Shown here: positions 51,301 to 63,400 of the stretch, piece by piece
Layout of the letters: the number at the start of each line of letters is the position of its first letter
Numbering within the stretch: position 1 is the first letter of the stretch
DNA from: Selaginella moellendorffii
Taxonomy: Eukaryota; Plantae; Lycopodiophyta
Length of the DNA: 64,000 bases
Direction of reading: 5' to 3'
NCBI RefSeq assembly: GCF_000143415.4
Contig: NW_003314274.1
Span: 1,065,788 to 1,129,787 of the forward strand
The notes under the pieces: model-generated
Seen by the model: the letters and a program-made list of their open reading frames with translations, nothing else
Databases searched by the model: none
What the model was told of the DNA's origin: nothing
Made by a program: the position numbers and the translations under genes

Positions 51301-51954
51301 ATGGCTGTTTCCAAATCTCAAGCTCTTGGGATTGCCTTGCTCGCATTCTTCGTCACTGTGGCAGTTTCATCCGATCCAGATCCACTCCAGGACTTTTGCA
51401 TTGGAGACCTCACCGCTGTCCCAGGCGTCAATGGGTTCCCATGCACGAACTCCTCGACAGTCACGGTGGACGATTTCATCTACAGCGGCATCGTCAATTC
51501 TTCCAACACCACGAACATCAATCGCTCCGGCGCCATCTTTGGGACAGTGCTGAGGTTCCCTGGTCTCAACACTTTGGGTCTCTCCATCGCCAGGCTCGAC
51601 TTCCTCCCCGAAGGAATCATCCCCCCACACACCCATCCCAGAGCCTCGGAGATGGTCTACGTAGAAGAGGGCAGCGTCTACGCCGCCATCGTCACCGCGG
51701 ACAATCGCTTGTTTGCTCGTGTCATGAACAGGGGCGAAGTCATGGTGATTCCTCGCGGATTGATCCACTGGCAGATGAATGTTGGGACTGGCAACGCGAA
51801 GATCATTGCCACTCTCAACTCCCAGCTGCCTGGAATCCAGTTCATCGCGAGATCCATGTTTGGTTCCCGTCCAGAGGTCCCAGACGAGGTGCTCGAGAAG
51901 ACCTTCTTCTTGGACGAGGCCGCTATCAATCAAGTCCGATCCAACTTTGTTTGA
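51301..51954 (+). CDS. Germin-like protein copy D (intact)
   Basis: Signal peptide, SDPDPLQDFC, PPHTHPRASE and GEVMVIPRGLIHWQMN. TATA-like TATATATA at ~51218. Confidence 0.95.
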   Translation: MAVSKSQALGIALLAFFVTVAVSSDPDPLQDFCIGDLTAVPGVNGFPCTNSSTVTVDDFIYSGIVNSSNTTNINRSGAIFGTVLRFPGLNTLGLSIARLDFLPEGIIPPHTHPRASEMVYVEEGSVYAAIVTADNRLFARVMNRGEVMVIPRGLIHWQMNVGTGNAKIIATLNSQLPGIQFIARSMFGSRPEVPDEVLEKTFFLDEAAINQVRSNFV

Positions 51955-52389
51955 TCTTATCAGTAGCAAAGTTCTTCTTCTTGTATAATCTTATCCATTT
52001 GTTCTTTTCAATCGATCATTCTTCGTATAATATCTGTAGAGCAAAAAACATCCAAGGAAACGTTTGCTTGGATAGAAAGAGTGACCTACCCGGAGCTTCC
52101 ATCCAAGAGCCAAATCGAAAGGCGCCACCTGGCATTACGCCGTGGTATATTCTATCCCAGGAAGGGAGAGTCCTAAAGTGTGTTCTTTGGATCTATTTTG
52201 TTCCTCCGCCCTCCCTCCAGCTCGCCGCCGCCGGCAAAAGCGTCGCATCCGCCGGCGCCATCGCCATCGCCATCGCCTGTAGAAGCGCAGGTAAATCTTT
52301 CCCTTCTTGATCGATCCGCCTCGATCGAGCCTCGCCGGATTTCGAAAGGTCATTATCTCACGATCTTTGCTCAGAAGCGCAAGATCCGA

Positions 52390-54458
52390 ATGGCGTTCGA
52401 GAAGATCAAGGTGGAGAATCCCATCGTGGAGATGGACGGTGAGTGAGGAGATATTTTTGTTCTTTTCCTCTACAGGATCGCTCACATTTCTATACTTTTT
52501 CGGTTTCTTCCTTGCAGGAGATGAGATGACCCGGATCATCTGGCAAATGATCAAGGACAAGGTTTTGTCACGCGCTCTTTTTTCCCTTGTCCACATTTTT
52601 TTTCTTCTCTTCCATAGATTTTAACTTGGCCCATTCTTGCAGCTCATTTTTCCATTCCTTGATTTGGATATTAAATACTTTGACTTGGGCCTTCCACATC
52701 GTGACGAAACTGATGACAAAGTCACAGTTGAGAGTGCCGAAGCGACCCTCAAGTAACATACATATCCTTTTCTTTTTTACTGGAAAAATCTGTTTCTTCC
52801 CAATTGTAAAGGTACAATGTTGCGATCAAGTGTGCAACGATCACGCCAGGTACACCGGTGCGTTTGTGCTCGTAGTTTCCTTCTCATGCTTTGCGTATGG
52901 ATTTTGGCTATCAGACGAAGCTCGAGTCAAGGAATTCGGCCTCAAGGCAATGTGGAAAAGTCCCAATGGGACAATTCGTAACATTTTGAACGGTAAGACA
53001 CAGACTTTGGTGGATGGCATGTCTTACGTGCAGTGTGACGCGCAGGGACTGTTTTTAGAGAGCCGATTGTCTGCAAGAACGTCCCGAGGCTTGTTCCAGG
53101 TGAGTGTTAGCGGCGTTTCCTTTTACTTTTGTTTACTACGACGAACTCCAGGGTGGACGAAACCAATTTGCATTGGAAGGCATGCTTTTGGAGACCAGTA
53201 TCGTGCCACTGATACAGTTATCAAGGGCTCTGGAAAGCTTAAGCTGGTTTTTGGTAAGAAGAAAACTGGATTTTCTCTTTTTTTTTACCTTTTGTTTACT
53301 CTGCTGTGCAGTGCCTGAGAATGGAGAGGCCTCTGAATTCGAGGTTTACGACTTCAAGGGAGATGGAGGAGTCGCTCTTTCTATGTACAACACTGATGAG
53401 GTTCGGGTGTCTGTTGCAGTAAGTCTTCTATAACGTTTGAGTTTGTAACAGTCCATTCGTTCCTTTGCACAAGCCTCTATGACTACCGCTCTGGCAAAGA
53501 AGTGGCCTCTATACTTGAGCACCAAAAACACGATTTTGAAGAAGTACGATGGCAGGTAAAAGTTTTCAGATGGTAATTCGTGGATACAATCTCTAAGCTA
53601 CAGAAGTTATCAGGTTTAAGGATATCTTCCAAGAGGTCTACGAGGCGGAGTGGAAGAGCAAGTTTGAGGAAGCTGGCATCTGGTTTGTTTTGAATTTATA
53701 TGTTTGCGACCTGCTTACGTTTTATCTACAGGTACGAGCATCGCCTGATTGACGATATGGTTGCTTATGCTCTCAAGAGCGATGGTGGATATGTCTGGGC
53801 ATGCAAAAACTACGATGGTGATGTGCAGAGCGACTTTTTGGCTCAAGGTACATTAATACATTCTCTCTGTCATAGAGACTAAGCATGCCTGTGGCAGGAT
53901 TTGGTTCCCTTGGATTGATGACTTCTGTGCTGGTGAGCCTATAGTGATGGTTTTTCTTTCTTCTTCCACTAATTTTGCTTTCACAGGTCTGTCCCGATGG
54001 AAAGACCATTGAAGCCGAAGCTGCTCACGGGACTGTAACTCGGCACTATAGAGTACACCAGAAAGGCGGTGAAACCAGCACCAATAGCATTGCCTCCATC
54101 TTTGCCTGGTCTCGAGGCCTTTCTCACAGGCATGTATTAGTTTCCCTCTCTTTCCTCGTATAATATTTGCTTTGCTAAACAGGGCCTCACTGGATGGCAA
54201 TGCACGGCTAAGCGACTACGCGGAGAAGCTCGAGGCGGCTTGCGTAGGAATCGTTGAGTCTGGCAAAATGACAAAGGATCTCGCTCTGCTCATCCACGGG
54301 CCAAAGTAAGATAGATTTTTCAGCTTTCCTTTGGATTTTTCGCGACTGTTTTGTTGTGCAGGGTGACAAAGAAAGATTATCTTAACACCGAGGAGTTTAT
54401 CGATGCCGTGGCTGCCGATCTTAAGCTCAGGCTGACAACCGTGCCTTCCAAATTGTAA
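52390..54458 (+). CDS. ICDH: NADP-dependent isocitrate dehydrogenase, cytosolic type with C-terminal PTS1 (-SKL)
   Basis: [60 protein letters not shown] and [13 protein letters not shown]. Ends TVPSKL* (TAA at 54456-58). Confidence 0.96.
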
Positions 54459-55209
54459 AGCCGGCTCCCGATTTCTCAGTTAGATATTTTTTCTCTACTT
54501 ATGGTGGAGGTGCTCGGGTATTTCAACAGACCACTGATTTCTTATCTCTCATTGTCACAGGGAAGCCTGAGCAAACACGGCTGGAAATTCTATTTTTTTT
54601 ACTATCCATCCGGACAATCTCCCTCAAATAACTTCGTTCTTATATACTTAAAAATAATTATTAACACGGACATTTGTTTTCGGGCCATTTCATAGTAGAT
54701 TATTTTCTAACATTTCGCTAGGCACGAGGACTATGGTTATCCAAGGATCAAGCGAGAGGTCGTTCATCAGGTCTGGCGACGGGAATCTAAATTGGATAAC
54801 GCTTCGCCATGTAAGACAATTAAAGCAAGGTCAAGAACATGAGATATGCTATGTGACAATATCTTCTAAACTTTTTTCTTGATATTAGATTTTTCATGAA
54901 GCCGTCGGAGTGGATTTCTACTTGGGAGAAAGGAGGAAGCGTTAGCGTTGCATTTTTTAACGCTTAGCGCAGACCTTTAGAAGCCACAAAGCCTTTCAAA
55001 CCAAGTCTTTCATAAGCAGGTAGCTCTTTTTTTATGCCTTTTGCATTTTTTTTTTTAAATTTTTTTTTTTATGATTCCAGTTCTTCCTTATTCTAAACGT
55101 TTTTATTTTTTCTTATTTTTATTTTTGTAGCTCGACATGCCTCCACCAAGAGCTCAGCTTCGCCTCCCACGCTTGGTAACTGCATGCTTGAGCTTTATTG
55201 CTTTGTATT

Positions 55210-55333
55210 GGCATTATGGTCTGATTCTTGTAGTTTATCATGCACCACCCCGTTTGCAGCCTCCAGCTTGAAATGGAACTGGAGCCGAGGCTGCAAAGGG
55301 GATGGCGCATGATAAAAATCAGACCGTAATGCC
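55210..55333. ncRNA. Candidate miRNA-precursor-like hairpin (124 nt)
   Basis: Three paired helices: GGCATTATGGTCTGATT/AATCAGACCGTAATGCC, TTTATCATGCACCACCCC/GGGGATGGCGCATGATAAA and TTTGCAGCCTC/GAGGCTGCAAA. Intergenic. Confidence 0.5.
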
Positions 55334-55749
55334 CCCTAATCCATCCCCTATGTAGCCTTCCACTCCTTTCTTCTGGAAAGAAAGATTTCCTTTCTTAAGG
55401 AGAAAGAAGAAAACATCTTTCTCCTGGTGGGAACTGGTTGTGAGAGATGGGGTGATGGGGCAGCACACTAGGTTGCTTAACCAGCTGCATCACCAGCACT
55501 CGGCTCCTGTTTCCACTGATGTCTGTAGCAAGCATTCCAAGAAGTATGGTTTTTCTTGCATTTCACAAAACTTCTGATTTCGATTTAAAATAGAAAAGAG
55601 GTTTCCAAAATTAAAATCTAATATAGCTCAAATCTTATTTTATAAAATTATCAGTTGTTCAGATAAACATAACTCTAGACCAGTATATAAGATCATTGAA
55701 TTGAATTGCATTTTTGTATCAAATCATTTTGTTATCTTCATTTGTCTCA

Positions 55750-56585
55750 ATGGCTTTTCGTTTTTTTGTTTTTTATTCTTTTTTCTTTGCTCGTGATTTA
55801 TGGTAATGCTCGTAATTTTGAACAAAAATTGTGTCCTACTGGAATCCTTAGCTTTTCTGATTCGCTTTTGGATACTGGTAATCGCAACCTCGAGGCAGTA
55901 GCAGCAGGCCTAGGTGCATTCAGTCTTTCTGGACATTTACCATATGGAATTACATTGGGAAAACCCAATGGAAGATTTTGTGATGGGTATGTATTTATTG
56001 GTTATTTAGCTCTTCAATTGAAGTTGGGTGATATTGAGCCCCTCCTTATTTCACAAGCTTTAATTTTGGTTATGCTGGAGCAACTGTTCATTCACCTAGT
56101 GTTATAACACATCTTTTGCTACTCCTCATATATTGTCTGCTCAAGTTTCAGATTTTATATGGCATAAACAACAAGTTAATGATCATCAAAATGGTGCTAA
56201 ACTTGATAAGAAAATGCTATATGAAAAAGCACTTTATTATATTGAAATTGGTGGCAATGATCTTGGTTATGGAATGCCAGATTTTGCATATGTGATGAAT
56301 ATTACAATTCCAGCTGTAGTTAAGGGCATCAAATCTAATATTATGGATTTATATAATTCTGATGCAAAATATTTTATGGTAATGAATCTTCCTCGTTATG
56401 ATTGTGCTCCTAGTTATTTACAACTACTTTCATGCTACTGGGATGCATTATGATAAACTTGGATGTCTTGTTCAGGCTAGAAATACTATTGATTTATTTA
56501 ATAAGTTATTGGATATGGTAAATGATATTAACAATCAAAATGATGATATTGAAGTATATTATTTTGATTGGTTTTCTGCAATACT
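55750..56585 (+). pseudogene. GDSL esterase/lipase pseudogene (intronless, frameshifted, 3'-truncated)
   Basis: Block I FSDSLLDTGN, block II PYGITLGKPNGRFCDG and block III LYYIEIGGNDL, in three different frames. Block V is absent. Confidence 0.85.
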
Positions 56586-57312
56586 AGCTTTGAGTTCTCC
56601 CCAAGTGCACCTTCCTCCTCATCACTGGAAGTCTTTGCACCTTGAGAGGCCCATTTCCACTAACTACTTTTTATATTTTCATGAGCAAAAGATCACAGAA
56701 AAACACATTGACACCCCCTCCGAACCAGACTGTGAAAAGATCTCCTGTCACATAAACCTTGAAGTAAAGGATAACTATTTTTTACCGTGATCTTGTTGAG
56801 AGCCCGAACACATCCTCATGGTTCCATCTTTTTTTGCCCTTCCTTATATAGTCCTCTAAATATTTAGAGAAAATGGCAGATTTGGACTATGAACATAAAA
56901 CTGTTGTCAGGTGGTGTTTACAAACGAGTCCAACATCGATAGGTATTCCGAGAAAAAACCACGTTTTGACAGTGTTGCTCGCGTTTCTAGGTGGTCATTT
57001 CGTGTGGCTTGGACGGTGACATGTCTTTCTATGTTGGTGACGCGGCTGGAAGAGCAGGAGATCACAGTGATGCTGACATTGGATTTGCAAAAGGTGAGAG
57101 ATTGACCATACAGTCCAACTAATGCATTCCAGTCGGCTCAAGTTTTTCGTACCCGAAATTATTTCGACGTAAAGCAAAAGGCATCTTTGATCGATTGAGT
57201 GGAAGGATTGTTCCAACTACCTTGTCACAAGCTTTCGTAACAATCGTTTCGGTTGTACATTTCCCGGTGCTTTCGTCGACGGTCATTCGTTCTTGGATTT
57301 CTTCTTCTACTG

Positions 57313-57431
57313 GATCAACCTTTGCTGCCTCGTACTTTATTTCTTCTCATGAACAGGAGAATCTCCACATCGATCAACCTTTGCTGCCTCGTACTTTATT
57401 TCTTCTCATGAACAGGAGAATCTCCACATCG
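57313..57431. repeat. 59-bp perfect tandem duplication at the 3' end of the WD40 gene
   Basis: GATCAACCTTTGCTGCC...GAATCTCCACATC starts at 57313 and at 57372. Confidence 0.9.
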
Positions 57432-59458
57432 ACGCACAGTTCTCCAGCTCTGTGGCATCAAACTATACTATCAGCAATGCGATAGATAGATGGTTTTGGA
57501 AGTAATTGCCTGTTAGAATCTGCGGTGGCTCTTCGTCATCGTCTTTGTCCTCGCTAGTACTAAACCTCCGAGCGCCAGAAGTTGAAGCAGCCAGGGGAAG
57601 TGTGGGATGGAAGGAAAACCCATTGATGGTATCTGATTGTAAGCGAAAGTGAGGGACAGAATAGAACTTTTTGGCTTGTACCTGAGGCTGCGTGAATGCT
57701 GGCAGTGAATTCACCAGTTCGAAGATCATAGAAACGAATATCACCGTCCTGCTTGTTTGCACCTAGTGAGCACTGAATAAAAAAGAAGATAACTCAACCT
57801 CGCCTCCTGTGCCGAGGTGTTGAGCATATGGTTCAATGTCAAACGCTATCCTCTGGTTCGTGTTAGTAACAGCTCTTTCAAGTCTGCGCAAAAAGCACAA
57901 GGTAAGTAATCTAGCGACGAGAAAATCCAGTTGAGGCATACTTGTACACTAAACTCGTTGATACCGAACGTCCCAGCAGCATATCGATGGATCCTGGATC
58001 GACGCACCAAAATGAGGATAGCCAACAGAAGGAGAGACTGTGACACCTTTCGACCGCTGTAGAGATAGTTGCCGTCCTTAGAGAACTGAACCTGTTCGAG
58101 AAACGAGATTAGCAGCGGATAGATAGACTCGAGAGGAAAGAGAAGAACTATACTTGAGTCAGGCCTCCTTCGTGTCCTTGCAGCACATATAGAAGCTCCA
58201 TGTTGCCTTCGTTGTACACTGCTATGGTTCGATCGTAAGAACCAGCCGCAAGAAGATTTGTCTGGTGTCCACTAAAAGCTAGGCACGACACAATTCCTGC
58301 AAGAGGCCCGTGACTACTTTTGTTACTCTAGTCGAAAGACGATCACCTGTAATGCCTTCTTTGGAACTCGTGAGTGTAGAGTGCTCTTCGCAGTGACGAC
58401 CAGGAGTTGAGGTATCGAAAATTCTGATCTTTTTGTTGTATCGACAAAAGAGCCTGCGAGCGTCTAATGGTCAGGCATGGGCAAACCATATCAGAAATCT
58501 TCTACCTGTTACCCGAAGGATTAAAAGCGACTGACAATGGTGCTGTAACTTCATCCATGGCATTGTAAGCTCTATAGCTGCAGCGGAGCTACAGACAGGT
58601 AAAAACACCAAATCTATACTCTGCTAGACGCAAAACTTCAAGCTTACATTACCAGTAGCAGCATCCCACAGATGAACTGGATGACAGATCTACAAGCAAT
58701 CAAAAGCCTTAGTAAACAGCAAGCGCGAGAGATTAAGACGAAGAACCTGTGGCGACCATGTGAGGATACCAGCAAAAATCGTACACAGTCTCTCCTTCCG
58801 ACACCGTCAATGACGAGACAAGTGGATCTAGAATCAAGGCGATAACTTTCATGATCCAGGAAAAATTCTAGAATCATACCCGTCTTGGCAGCAAGATCAT
58901 CCAATGCTTCGACTTCCAGAGCGTTTGACGGACTGGAGCCACAAGTGCTACATTATAAAACGACCCCACAAAGAGAAGAACAAGGAAAAAACAGCACAAA
59001 ACTGGACTTACAAATCGAAAATCCTGAGCCTCTTGTCCTCGTTGCACGTCAGAAAGCAGGAGCCATCAGGAGACCTGCAAGACAATGCAGTAGAAATAAC
59101 GTAGAACGAGCTATAGAACATAGAAATGCAATGAGACACGCGAGGGCACCACAGAAACGAATTCGGTGCTGGCGCCTTCTCTTCTTCCATGAAAAGCCCT
59201 ACATAAACCCTAAATAGCAAAGTCAAAGCTCCAATATTTCCTTGCCCGCACGCCCGGCATTTGCGCCCCGAATTACAAAACGCCATCAACTCCTTCGATG
59301 TCGATTGCGAGAATGAAAAGGGTGGCTACTATGAGATCTTTTGATGCAGGACATTGTGTCTGGCTTGGAACGCTAAAGAATTTTTTTCTTGAGGAGACGA
59401 ATATGAAAATCAAGTCTGGCCAGTGTTCTTTGTTCTTTTTTATTGGCATTTGGAGCAT
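57406..59458 (-). pseudogene. WRAP53: WRAP53/TCAB1 (telomerase Cajal body protein 1) WD40 gene, apparently disrupted
   Basis: SPDGSCFLTCNEDKRLRIFD, EGETVYDFCWYPHM, HPVHLWDAATG, LRCSYRAYNAMDEV, TNQRIAFDI and DTINGFSFHPTLPL. An apparent frameshifting deletion lies at ~58685, and the 5' exons are decayed. Confidence 0.75.
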
Positions 59459-59543
59459 GTCACAGGCTAGAGAAGAGTTGAGAGTTGGAGTCGATCCTAT
59501 GATAGGGGATTGCCACGCTTAGAACTAAACACAGAGCTAATCT

Positions 59544-59606
59544 CGCCATTGCCAGGGATCGAACCCGGGTCATCCACGTGACAGCAGACCACTATCCTGC
59601 AACGAC
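59544..59606 (-). tRNA. tRNA-Asp(GTC) pseudogene (deletion in D-arm / anticodon 5' stem)
   Basis: Minus strand reads GTCGTTGCAGGATAGTGGTCTGCTGTCACGTGGATGACCCGGGTTCGATCCCTGGCAATGGCG, matching plant tRNA-Asp but about 9 nt short. Confidence 0.8.
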
Positions 59607-60475
59607 ATTATCACCCACTGTGAATGGTCTTAGAGAAATATTGTATATAAACCATCTTTATTAGAGTTCAACAACCCAGATGAAGAATTAGGTGAAGACT
59701 CAGGAACATTGCATAATAGGCAATTTGTATTCCTCTCAACTTCACACTTGTGCTAGTGAGCAATTTGGCAGTAGTGTGACATGAGTGACTCATCCAAGAA
59801 AATGTGTTTAGGACCTGAATTAAACCAGACAGCCATATTTTCATATCAATATACTGGAGTACTGAGCTGGTTTGAGTAAGGTGTAAGCTGTCCTGGGCAA
59901 AGAAAGATGGATGGAATTGGTATCATTCAAATGTCATTCCACTAGTTTTCTAAAAACTCCTTAGAGATTTTGTATTGCTGGTTAGAATGTTTCAACCTTC
60001 AGGGAATTGCAATAATGTGGAGGTGCAGAATTTTAAAGAAAGCCACTGGGTTTTAAAAGCCCCTTCCTACACATGCTAATGGCAAGATTGAAGCCTGACC
60101 CCATTGCCCCCAAGGAGTATACAAGCAGGGCCAAAACTAATAACAAAGTTTTAGGTAATTGATTGATGAGTTTTTTTGTATGCTTATCATCTCAGACTAG
60201 CTAGGTATGATTTAGGCTTAGATCAATTACCTGATGTGAGTGGAGTATACAGACAGAGATGATATAACATGTAATGATACCTGGTGCGGTGTGGCTTCCA
60301 TTAACATCCATGTAGTAATAGTTTATATATATATATATATATAAAATTGTCCAAAACTCTTTTTAATGCACTGTCCATAAGGGGTAAAAATAAAAGAATC
60401 TACTTTATGACGAGAATATTCAGGGTTTAATTTCTTAAACTTATCTAATTAAAAATCCTTTAAATATTTGGCACA

Positions 60476-63400
60476 TGGTTGGGCGACGGGCATGGGATAG
60501 AGCCACTAAAGACATCATTCGGAGCGTTCAATGGCGGAAGTTTAAGGTGGAGGGTGCCATTTCCAGGATTGCGGTGCAATAGGGTAGCAGTACACCGGCC
60601 ACCTCCAGAGTTCTCTTTTGTGGGTCGATCGGAATATGCTTCCTCCATGAGATGATACGGCTTCTGTGGGTTAATCATAACAGGTGCCAAGGGTTCAGGC
60701 AAGAGCTGCCTCCTGTGCGCGCTTGCAATTGAGCTCATTTGCCACTTATCCTAGCGTGAGAGAGTAGTTTGCATCTGGCACTTCAATGCTTGCGATGATC
60801 TCCGACTCCAGGTTCAGGAGTTTCTTATTTTTACATTCTATGACACTGACAAAGATGTCATTGAGATGATTCTAGATATCTCTTGTCCCACAGACCTTGC
60901 CGGTTCTTGTTGGACAAAAGAGCAATCGGGGATTTGTCAACCGTATATATGGTTGTATTTTCACACTTGAGGTTGCTTTTGTGAGTACTGATATATTTTT
61001 GAGCTAGAAAAAGGTGAAAAGGGAAGAAGCTCGTTAAAGAAGCTTCCTGGGAATATTCTGTCTAGAGAGAGAGAAAGTTACGGATTTCAGAAGTGAGAAT
61101 TTGAAGAAGTTGTTTTCTATAAAGTTGAAGATCTTATCAAGGGAAGTTCTTTGGTGGTGAAATCAAGTTGATCGAAGTTGTGGATGAAGAGTTATTAGTT
61201 GGAAAAGTCTCAACCATTGGTTGGTGTTTAAGTTTTTGGTAGTTTGAAAATTAGGCATGGCCATTCAGTTTTTTTATAGTTCTTGTTCTTGTTTTCTCTC
61301 TCTGGTTCTTGAGTTCTTTCTGCTCGAAGATGGTGGGACCTCCCATAGGCCGTCGAGATCCTGTTGCCGATTGCATCGCCAACAACATGCGGATAAGGCA
61401 CGCAATCGAGGAGCTGAGAATTCGAGAGGAGCAGCAAATTCCAACTACCTGTCCAACCTGTGGTCAAGTGTGGTACTGTTACTTACGCGTGATCATAGAG
61501 GAGTTACTACAGGCCCAGTGCACTTAGTATGAGTGATTTGTAGTTACTGCTAAAATACAAGCCCTAGGGGAGTCTTTCCAGTCTTTCTTTATTATCGTGT
61601 ATTTTTCCTGACATTTTTGGTGTGTTAGCCAGGAGGGCTTAGTTGCAATAACTGCACAGTAAATAGGGCCTGAGGAAAAGGCCAGTCATCTGCAAGCATC
61701 TGCAGTAAGCATCCTTTGCCGCAGCTGGTTCTCGGTCTGGTGGGTAGATCCCCGGACTGGGATAATTTTCTAGATTTTTCTACTAGGAGGGTAGAGCAGA
61801 ATTGAGGCCAGTCTGAACGAGCAGTGAGGAGACTGTTACAGAACTCGCCTGAAACCAATCCTGAGAACGGCCATTGGCANNNNNNNNNNNNNNNNNNNNN
61901 NNNNNNNNNNNNNNNNNNNNNNNNNNNNNNNNNNNNNNNNNNNNNNNNNNNNNNNNNNNNNNNNNNNNNNNNNNNNNNNCTAGCCTCCTAGTAGAAAAAT
62001 CTAGAAAATTATCCCAATCCGGGGTTCTTCCCACCAGACCGAGAACCAGCTGCGGCAAAGGATGCTTACTGCAGATGCTTGCAGATGACTGGCCTTTTCC
62101 TCAGGCCCTATTTACTGTGCAGTTACTGCAACTAAGCCCTCCTGGCTAACACACCAAAAAATGTCAGGAAAAATACACGATAATAAAGAAAGACTGGAAA
62201 GACTCCCCTAGGGCTTGTATTTTAGCAGTAACTACAAATCACTCATACTAAATGCACTGGGCCTGTAGTAACTCCTCTATGATCACGCATAAGTAACAGT
62301 ACCACACTTGACCACAGGTTGGATAGGTAGTTGGAATTTGCTGCTCCTCTCGAATTCTCAGCTCCTCGATTGCGTGCCTTATCCGCATGTTGTTGGCGAT
62401 GCAATCGGCAACAGGATCTCGACAACCTATGGGAGGTCCCACCATCTTCGAGCAGAAAGAACTCAAGAACCAGAGAGAGAAAACAAGAACAAGAACTGTA
62501 AAAAAACTGAATGGCCATGCCTAATTTTCAAACTATCAAAAACTTAAACACCAACTAATAGTTGAGACTTTTTTAGTTAATAACTCTTCATCCACAACTT
62601 TGATCGACTTGATTTCACCACTAAAGAACTTCCCTTGATAAGATCTTCAACTTTCAAATTCTCACTTCTGAAATCCATCTCTCTCTCTCTCTAGACAGAA
62701 TATTCCCAGGAAGCTTCTTTAGCGAGCTTCTTCCCTTTTCACCTTTTTCTAGCCTGTACTCACAAAAGCAACCTCAAGTGTGAAAATACAACCATATATA
62801 CAGTTGACAGGATTACATTACTCTGCTTTGCGATGGCCAAGAGAAGTTAAATGCATTGCGCTGGGATCGTTCAGAACACACACCTGAAGAACAGGAAAGG
62901 AGAAACTAGATGACTGCCCTCGACTACTACTCTGACGTCGTAGTTAAGGCTTTGTCACTTGAAGCTGTTGATGCGCAGGGCATCCGAAATACCATGCAGC
63001 GGTATGAGCTGAGGTATGTTGTCTTTGGCCACGTAATAGTTCTCCTGCCATACTTCGCTTACTAAATTTTATGTGCAGAACACGTATACTTCATACTCGG
63101 CACCGCATCTGTGCTCAAGGGCTTTGTTCGCAATGGATCTTTTTGCACCAGCTATCTCCATGCAGTACATGCAGAAGCGGCTTTAGAGTGCTTGAAGGGC
63201 ACAGTCTATCGCTCACCAGAGTTCAAGAACAACCTTCTGCACAAACTCAAGAAAGCCAACGTGATTTGGCCGGAAGTGGGGTGGGCTTGCGAGGGTTTTG
63301 TCGGAGAGGCTATCCAGGCTATCGGGTTGAACTTCCAAGGGAACAAATCGAAGTGTTCAAGCTGGAGGCTTTAAAGGGTGAACCAGCAGTGATCAGGCCA

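Noticed and set aside
55291-55314. Loose resemblance of the hairpin arm TGCAAAGGGGATGGCGCATGAT to miR393
   Set aside because: Needs several indels and lies on the opposite arm; not sufficient to name it.
60935-62809. Inverted arms as a pure scaffolding artefact, or as a DIRS element
   Set aside because: The arms differ in sequence, a perfect TSD flanks them and the host frame continues across. DIRS elements do not generate TSDs. The gap still leaves the interior unknown.
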